Virus genome (UHGV): UHGV-0073937
From: a virus
Strand: one strand, 5' to 3'
DNA length: 22,825 nt
The notes under the pieces were generated by a model. The model was not told where the DNA came from. It saw nothing but the letters and a program-made list of their open reading frames with translations, and made no database searches. Every line of letters begins with the position of its first letter. Position 1 is the stretch's first letter. Made by a program: the position numbers and the translations under genes. Below, one piece after another: positions 17,430 through 22,825 of the stretch.

Positions 17430-17972
17430 ATGAAATCGCACCTGATGAACAAAAAAAACATGGCGCAAAGCTGCCGTGTAAGTGCGACAGCGTTCGACAA
17501 GTGGGGAGTGACTCCCGTTGAACGTAAAGGCCGCGAGGCGTTTTATGATGTTGCCAGCGTAATAGACAATCGGGTTAGCAATGCAATTAACCAGATTACA
17601 GACGACAAAGGCGAGATTGATGATGATGAACTCCTACGAGTCAGGATCAGATTGCTGACAGCACAGGCAGAGGCGCAGGAGCTTAAAAACGAGCGCGAAC
17701 GCGGCGACGTTATTGATACAGCGTTTTGTATATACGTGCTTTCAAAATTGGCGAGTCAGATTTCTTCAATCATGGACAGCCTGCCGCTTGCCATGACAAG
17801 GAAGTTTCCCGACATGAAGCCGTCTATGCTGGATGGACTGAAAAAAGAAGTTATCAGAGCCTGTAACGCATGCGCAAAACTTGACGAAAACATACCGCTG
17901 ATGCTGTCCGATTATCTGATGGAAACTGCCGGAAACGTACCGGATAAGTTGCAGCCGAATAAAGATAAGTAA
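17430..17972 (+). CDS. Terminase small subunit, divergent Nu1-like (island-encoded)
   Basis: 180 aa from ATG 17430; homologous to 4883..5389 product and lambda Nu1 (ATAFDKWGVTPVERKGREAFYDV; AFCIYVLSKLASQISSIMDSLPLAMTRKFPDM) but clearly divergent. Confidence 0.85.
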   Translation: MKSHLMNKKNMAQSCRVSATAFDKWGVTPVERKGREAFYDVASVIDNRVSNAINQITDDKGEIDDDELLRVRIRLLTAQAEAQELKNERERGDVIDTAFCIYVLSKLASQISSIMDSLPLAMTRKFPDMKPSMLDGLKKEVIRACNACAKLDENIPLMLSDYLMETAGNVPDKLQPNKDK

Positions 17973-17983
17973 CGTAGTACGCT

Positions 17984-18286
17984 ATGACTGAATCCGAAAT
18001 ACTGCGATTAATCCGCCGTGCTTGTGGAATCAGCAAGCAGCATGACGAACAGGCCACGCAGCCGGACAGCGTGACCGCAGATAATTATGTGCGTGTAGTG
18101 GCTGAGGTGATGCGCCGTGACGGTATTGAGCTTAACGGCGTGGATATGCGCAACATACGAACAAGAGTCCTTGAGTTGCTGGCATATCGTCGCCGTAATG
18201 ATGATTCAGCCCACCAGCCAAATCAGCACAGCAACGACAGAATAGCCCGACACAGAAAAACCACGAATATGGGGTTTTTGTTATGA
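17984..18286 (+). CDS. Hypothetical protein (last island gene)
   Basis: 100-aa ORF; Arg-rich; no recognised motif. Confidence 0.4.
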   Translation: MTESEILRLIRRACGISKQHDEQATQPDSVTADNYVRVVAEVMRRDGIELNGVDMRNIRTRVLELLAYRRRNDDSAHQPNQHSNDRIARHRKTTNMGFLL

Positions 18287-18482
18287 CATGGTCATGATGA
18301 CCACTCATACAAAACAGGTAAAGCCCACCAGCCTGATTAAAGGTTAACCGGAAAAAAGCCAGGTATCCAATCTCGATATGGGGATCCCTATATCGACATT
18401 AACGCCCACTAAAACTGTGCATATATGCATAGAAAAAGCATCCACCAGCTTTATGACGGATGCCGCTCATCTTATAAATAAT

Positions 18483-18506
18483 CGTGTATTGCAGTGTGTA
18501 TTGCGA
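18483..18506. repeat. Two copies of GTGTATTGCA-type repeat near right island end (candidate arm sites)
   Basis: CGTGTATTGCAGTGTGTATTGCGA; same motif as 8425-8478. Confidence 0.5.
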
Positions 18507-18578
18507 CTCCTTTAAACGATAGGTCTGAGCATTCGTAATGTACTGTTTTTAAATTTTATTTTTTCCTGTCTTTTCATA

Positions 18579-18591
18579 AAGGCGATGTATG
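18579..18591. repeat. Right copy of 13-bp direct repeat (AAGGCGATGTATG) = putative att core (attR)
   Basis: 12/13 match to 8289-8301; portal reading frame (KAMYAATIESEL) resumes exactly here. Confidence 0.65.
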
Positions 18592-19336
18592 CCGCCACCA
18601 TTGAGAGTGAGCTGGATACGCAGTCAGCGATGGATTTTATTCTGGGCGCGAACAGTCAGGAGCAGCGGGAAAGGCTGACCGGCTGGATTGGTGAAATTGC
18701 CGCGTATTACGCCGCAGCACCGGTCCGGCTGGGAGGCGCAAAAGTGCCGCACCTGATGCCGGGTGACTCACTGAACCTGCAGGCTACTCCGTGTTTGAGC
18801 AGTCACTGCTGCGGTATATCGCTGCCGGGCTGGGTGTCTCGTATGAGCAGCTTTCCCGGAATTACGCCCAGATGAGCTACTCCACGGCACGGGCCAGCGC
18901 GAACGAGTCGTGGGCGCACTTTATGGGGCGGCGAAAATTCGTCGCATCCCGTCAGGCGAGTCAGATGTTTCTGTGCTGGCTGGAAGAGGCCATCGTTCGC
19001 CGCGTGGTGACGTTACCTTCAAAAGCGCGCTTCAGTTTTCAGGAAGCCCGTAGTGCCTGGGGGAACTGCGACTGGATAGGCTCCGGTCGTATGGCCATCG
19101 ATGGTCTGAAAGAAGTTCAGGAAGCGGTGATGCTGATAGAAGCCGGACTGAGCACCTACGAGAAAGAGTGCGCGAAACGCGGTGACGACTATCAGGAAAT
19201 TTTTGCCCAGCAGGTCCGTGAAACGATGGAGCGCCGCGCGGCTGGTCTTAAACCGCCCGCCTGGGCGGCTGAGGCATTTGAATCCGGGCTGCGACAATCA
19301 ACAGAGGAGGAGAAGAGTGACAGCAGAGCTGCGTAA
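18579..19336 (+). pseudogene. B: Portal protein (lambda gpB) C-terminal fragment, additionally frameshifted near 18767-18790
   Basis: MYAATIESELDTQSAMDFILGANSQEQRERLTGWIGEIAAYY... then frame change; second frame continues VFEQSLLRYIAAGLGVSYEQL... to the overlap with C; matches lambda gpB C-terminus. Confidence 0.85.
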
Positions 19337-20636
19337 TCTCCCGCATATTGCCAGCATGGCCTTTAATGAGCCGCTGATGCTTGAACCCGCCTATGCGCGG
19401 GTTTTCTTTTGTGCACTTGCAGGCCAGCTTGGGATCAGCCGCCTGACGGATGCGGTGTCCGGTGACAGCCTGGCTGCCGGAGAGGCACCCGCGACGCTGG
19501 CGTTATCCGGTGATGATGACGGACCACGACAGGCCCGCAGTTATCAGGTCATGAACGGCATCGCCGTGCTGCCGGTGTCCGGCACGCTGGTCAGCCGGAC
19601 GCGGGCGCTGCAGCCGTATTCGGGGATGACCGGTTACAACGGCATTATCGCCCGTCTGCAACAGGCTGCCAGCGATCCGATGGTGGACGGCATTCTGCTC
19701 GATATGGACACGCCAGGCGGAATGGTGGCGGGAGCATTTGACTGCGCTGACATCATCGCCCGTGTGCGTGACATAAAACCGGTATGGGCGCTGGCCAACG
19801 ACATGAACTGCAGTGCAGGTCAGCTGCTTGCCAGTGCTGCCTCCCGGCGTCTGGTCACGCAGACCGCCCGGACAGGCTCCATCGGCGTCATGATGGCTCA
19901 CAGTAATTACGGTGCTGCGCTGGAGAAACAGGGTGTGGAAATCACGCTGATTTACAGCGGCAGCCATAAGGTGGATGGCAACCCCTACAGCCATCTTCCG
20001 GATGACGTCCGGGAGACACTGCAGTCCCGGATGGATGCAACCCGCCAGATGTTTGCGCAGAAGGTGTCGGCATATACCGGCCTGTCTGTGCAGGCTGTGC
20101 TGGATACCGAGGCTGCAGTGTACAGCGGTCAGGAGGCCATTGATGCCGGACTGGCTGATGAACTTGTTAACAGCACCGATGCGATCACCGTCATGCGTGA
20201 TGCACTGGATGCACGTAAATCCCGTCTCTCAGGAGGGCGAATGACCAAAGAGACTCAATCAACAACGGTTTCAGCTACTGCCTCGCAGGCTGACATCACC
20301 ACCGTGGTGCAAGCGACGGAGGGCGAGAACGCCAGCGCGGCGCAGCCGGACGTGAACGCGCAGATCACCGCAGCGGTTGCGGCAGAAAACAGCCGCATTA
20401 TGGGGATCCTCAACTGTGAGGAGGCTCACGGACGCGAAGAACAGGCACGCGTGCTGGCAGAAACCCCCGGAATGACCGTGGAAACGGCCCGTCGCATTCT
20501 GGCCGCAGCACCACAGAGTGCACAGGCGCGCAGTGATACTGCGCTGGATCGTCTGATGCAGGGTGCACCGGCACCGCTTGCTGCAGGTAACCCGGCATCA
20601 GATGCCGTTAACGATTTGCTGAACACACCAGTGTAA
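19317..20636 (+). CDS. C: Lambda gpC (minor capsid protein C; S49-family prohead protease)
   Basis: 439 aa from GTG 19317; near-identical to lambda C as recalled (MTAELRNLPHIASMAFNEPLMLEPAYARVFF...). Confidence 0.95.
   Translation: MTAELRNLPHIASMAFNEPLMLEPAYARVFFCALAGQLGISRLTDAVSGDSLAAGEAPATLALSGDDDGPRQARSYQVMNGIAVLPVSGTLVSRTRALQPYSGMTGYNGIIARLQQAASDPMVDGILLDMDTPGGMVAGAFDCADIIARVRDIKPVWALANDMNCSAGQLLASAASRRLVTQTARTGSIGVMMAHSNYGAALEKQGVEITLIYSGSHKVDGNPYSHLPDDVRETLQSRMDATRQMFAQKVSAYTGLSVQAVLDTEAAVYSGQEAIDAGLADELVNSTDAITVMRDALDARKSRLSGGRMTKETQSTTVSATASQADITTVVQATEGENASAAQPDVNAQITAAVAAENSRIMGILNCEEAHGREEQARVLAETPGMTVETARRILAAAPQSAQARSDTALDRLMQGAPAPLAAGNPASDAVNDLLNTPV
20031..20636 (+). CDS. Nu3: Lambda Nu3 scaffolding protein (in-frame internal start within C)
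   Basis: In-frame ATG at 20031, 714 nt into C, same stop; placement inferred from lambda gene organisation. Confidence 0.7.
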   Translation: MDATRQMFAQKVSAYTGLSVQAVLDTEAAVYSGQEAIDAGLADELVNSTDAITVMRDALDARKSRLSGGRMTKETQSTTVSATASQADITTVVQATEGENASAAQPDVNAQITAAVAAENSRIMGILNCEEAHGREEQARVLAETPGMTVETARRILAAAPQSAQARSDTALDRLMQGAPAPLAAGNPASDAVNDLLNTPV

Positions 20637-20645
20637 GGGATGTTT

Positions 20646-20978
20646 ATGACGAGCAAAGAAACCTTTACCCATTACCAGCCGCTGGGCAACAGTGACCCGG
20701 CTCATACCGCAACCGCGCCCGGCGGATTGAGTGCGACAGCGCCTGCAATGACCCCGCTGATGCTGGACACCTCCACCCGTAAGCTGGTTGCATGGGATGG
20801 CACCACCGACGGTGCTGCTGTTGGCATTCTGGCGGTTGCTGCTGACCAGACCAGCACCGCGCTGACGTTCTACAAGTCCGGCACGTTCCGTTATGAGGAT
20901 GTGCTCTGGCCGGAGGCTGCCAGCGACGAGACGAAAAAACGGACCGCGTTTGCCGGAACGGCAATCAGCATCGTTTAA
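20646..20978 (+). CDS. D: Lambda gpD head decoration protein
   Basis: 110 aa [27 protein letters not shown]... near-identical to lambda D. Confidence 0.95.
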   Translation: MTSKETFTHYQPLGNSDPAHTATAPGGLSATAPAMTPLMLDTSTRKLVAWDGTTDGAAVGILAVAADQTSTALTFYKSGTFRYEDVLWPEAASDETKKRTAFAGTAISIV

Positions 20979-20996
20979 CCTTACCCTTCATCACTA

Positions 20997-21021
20997 AAGG
21001 CCGCCTGTGCGGCTTTTTTTA
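20997..21021 (+). terminator. Hairpin + T-run between D and E (GGCCGC-CTGT-GCGGC + T7)
   Basis: GC stem followed by TTTTTTT; may act as attenuating terminator or RNA stability element. Confidence 0.5.
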
Positions 21022-21033
21022 CGGGATTTTTTT

Positions 21034-22059
21034 ATGTCGATGTACACAACCGCCCAGCTGCTGGCGGCAAATGAGCAGAAATTTAAGTTTGATCCGCTGT
21101 TTCTGCGTCTCTTTTTCCGTGAGAGCTATCCCTTCACCACGGAGAAAGTCTATCTCTCACAAATTCCGGGACTGGTAAACATGGCGCTGTACGTTTCGCC
21201 GATTGTTTCCGGTGAGGTTATCCGCTCCCGTGGCGGCTCCACCTCTGAATTTACGCCGGGATATGTCAAACCCAAGCATGAAGTGAATCCGCAGATGACC
21301 CTGCGTCGCCTGCCGGATGAAGATCCGCAGAATCTGGCGGACCCGGCTTACCGCCGCCGTCGCATCATTATGCAGAACATGCGTGACGAAGAGCTGGCCA
21401 TTGCCCAGGTCGAAGAGATGCAGGCAGTTTCTGCCGTGCTTAAGGGCAAATACACCATGACCGGTGAAGCCTTCGATCCGGTTGAGGTGGATATGGGCCG
21501 CAGTGCGGCGAATAACATCACGCAGTCCGGCGGCACGGAGTGGAGCAAGCGTGACAAGTCCACGTATGACCCGACCGACGATATCGAAGCCTACGCGCTG
21601 AACGCCAGCGGTGTGGTGAATATCATCGTGTTTGATCCGAAAGGCTGGGCGCTGTTCCGTTCCTTCAAAGCCGTCAAGGAGAAGCTGGATACCCGTCGTG
21701 GCTCTAATTCCGAGCTGGAGACAGCGGTGAAAGACCTGGGTAAAGCGGTGTCCTATAAGGGGATGTATGGCGATGTTGCCATCGTCGTGTATTCCGGACA
21801 GTACGTGGAAAACGGTGTCAAAAAGAACTTCCTGCCGGACAACACGATGGTGCTGGGGAACACTCAGGCACGCGGTCTGCGTACCTATGGCTGTATTCAG
21901 GATGCGGACGCACAGCGCGAAGGCATTAACGCCTCTGCCCGTTACCCGAAAAACTGGGTGACCACCGGCGATCCGGCGCGTGAGTTCACCATGATTCAGT
22001 CAGCACCGCTGATGCTGCTGGCTGACCCTGATGAGTTCGTGTCCGTACAACTGGCGTAA
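21034..22059 (+). CDS. E: Lambda gpE major capsid protein
   Basis: 341 aa MSMYTTAQLLAANEQKFKFDPLFLRLFFRESYPF... near-identical to lambda E. Confidence 0.95.
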   Translation: MSMYTTAQLLAANEQKFKFDPLFLRLFFRESYPFTTEKVYLSQIPGLVNMALYVSPIVSGEVIRSRGGSTSEFTPGYVKPKHEVNPQMTLRRLPDEDPQNLADPAYRRRRIIMQNMRDEELAIAQVEEMQAVSAVLKGKYTMTGEAFDPVEVDMGRSAANNITQSGGTEWSKRDKSTYDPTDDIEAYALNASGVVNIIVFDPKGWALFRSFKAVKEKLDTRRGSNSELETAVKDLGKAVSYKGMYGDVAIVVYSGQYVENGVKKNFLPDNTMVLGNTQARGLRTYGCIQDADAQREGINASARYPKNWVTTGDPAREFTMIQSAPLMLLADPDEFVSVQLA

Positions 22060-22061
22060 TC

Positions 22062-22086
22062 ATGGCCCTTCGGGGCCATTTTCTCT
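22062..22086 (+). terminator. Hairpin after E (ATGGCCC-TTCG-GGGCCAT + T-rich)
   Basis: 7-bp perfect stem with TTCG loop followed by TTTCTCTC. Confidence 0.45.
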
Positions 22087-22100
22087 CTGTGGAGGAGTCC

Positions 22101-22499
22101 ATGACGAAAGATGAACTGATTGCCCGCCTCCGCTCGTTGGGTGAGCAACTGAACCGTGATGTCAGCCTGACGGGGACGAAAGAAGAACTGGCGCTCCGTG
22201 TGGCAGAGCTGGAAGAGGAGCTTGATGACACGGATGACACTGCCGGTCAGGACACCCCTCTCAGCCCGGAAAATGTGCTGACCGGGCATGAAAATGAGGC
22301 TGTATCAGCGCAGCCGGATACCGTGATTCAGGATGCGGCTGATCTGGTCACCGTTGTGGCACTGGTGACGCTGCATACTGATGCACTTCACGCCATCCGG
22401 GATGAACCTGTGGCATTTGTGATGCCGGGAACGGCGTTCCGTGTCTCTGCCGGTGTGGCAACCGAAATGACAGAACGCGGCCTGGCCAGAATGCAATAA
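22101..22499 (+). CDS. FI: Lambda gpFI (DNA packaging / head assembly protein)
   Basis: 132 aa MTKDELIARLRSLGEQLNRDVSLTGTKEELALRVAELEEELDD... matches lambda FI; SD GGAGGA. Confidence 0.9.
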   Translation: MTKDELIARLRSLGEQLNRDVSLTGTKEELALRVAELEEELDDTDDTAGQDTPLSPENVLTGHENEAVSAQPDTVIQDAADLVTVVALVTLHTDALHAIRDEPVAFVMPGTAFRVSAGVATEMTERGLARMQ

Positions 22500-22510
22500 C
22501 GGGAGGCGCT

Positions 22511-22825
22511 GTGGCTGATTTCGATAACCTGTTCGATGCTGCCATTGCCCGCGCCGATGAAACGATACGCGGGTACATGGGAACGTCAGCCACCATTACA
22601 TCCGGTGAGCAGTCCGGTGCTGTGATACGTGGTGTTTTTGATGACCCTGAAAATATCAGCTATGCCGGACAGGGCGTGCGCGTTGAAGGTTCCAGCCCGT
22701 CCCTGTTTGTCCGGACTGATGAGGTACGGCAGCTGCGGCGCGGCGACACGCTGACCATCGGTGAGGAAAACTTCTGGGTAGACCGGGTTTCGCCGGATGA
22801 TGGCGGAAGCTGTCATCTCTGGCTT
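22511..22825 (+). CDS. FII: Lambda gpFII (head-tail joining), 3'-partial at window edge
   Basis: Begins VADFDNLFDAAIARADETIRGYMGTSATITSGEQSGAVIRGVFDDPENISYAG... (GTG start at 22511); runs off the window. Confidence 0.85.
   Translation, partial: MADFDNLFDAAIARADETIRGYMGTSATITSGEQSGAVIRGVFDDPENISYAGQGVRVEGSSPSLFVRTDEVRQLRRGDTLTIGEENFWVDRVSPDDGGSCHLWL

Larger units (their letters stand above)
8289..18591 (+). mobile_element. Integrated satellite-like island (~10.3 kb) inserted in the portal gene: int, alpA, bro, switch genes, pri-rep, ori, ssb, E-like, D-like, cos, terS
   Basis: Portal ORF interrupted and resumed; flanking 13-bp direct repeat; P4-type integrase next to left end; replication module; lacks terL/portal/protease/tail genes. 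Confidence 0.75.

Noticed and set aside
17221-17430. 69-aa ORF spanning the island cos site
   Set aside because: Covers cosQ/cosN, which is expected to be non-coding; no SD; likely spurious.
8289-18591. tRNA or tmRNA gene as integration target
   Set aside because: P4-type integrases usually target tRNA 3' ends, but neither junction shows an acceptor-stem/CCA-like structure and both junctions fall inside portal codons; the target here is protein-coding.
19503-19994. 163-aa minus-strand ORF inside gene C
   Set aside because: Antisense to a near-lambda-identical C gene; no independent support.
22511-22513. GTG start codon of FII as a possible mutation
   Set aside because: I cannot recall with certainty whether lambda FII uses ATG; GTG is a valid start with proper spacing after FI, so not flagged as a defect.

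Overview
The window looks like part of a lambdoid prophage from an E. coli-like enterobacterium, interrupted by a ~10.3-kb integrase-bearing island that has the gene content of a phage satellite. All calls rest on reading the ORF translations against protein families recalled from memory; no database search was run. Left arm (1-8301): a lysis cassette (dual-start class II holin, DUF1327-like ORF, SAR endolysin, Rz with embedded Rz1), a cold-shock moron cluster (cspI-like, gnsB-like), a lambda-type cos site, Nu1-like small terminase, lambda A-like large terminase, a W homologue and the N-terminal ~275 codons of a lambda B-like portal gene. The portal reading frame is then broken at ~8301 by the island (8302-18578). 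The island carries a P4-type tyrosine integrase, an AlpA-like regulator, a Bro-N protein, a divergent small-gene switch with three 11-bp operator repeats, a primase-C/D5-N-type replication protein followed by an iteron array, an SSB homologue, its own divergent homologues of lambda major capsid protein E and decoration protein D, and a second lambda-type cos site with its own divergent Nu1-like small terminase. It has no large terminase, portal, protease or tail genes. It is flanked by a 13-bp imperfect direct repeat lying inside the portal codons. Right arm (18579-22825): the rest of the portal gene (itself frameshifted), then C, Nu3, D, E, FI and the start of FII, all near-identical to lambda as I recall it. 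The main candidate finding is this lambda-parasitising, capsid-gene-carrying satellite inserted in the portal gene of its presumptive helper.
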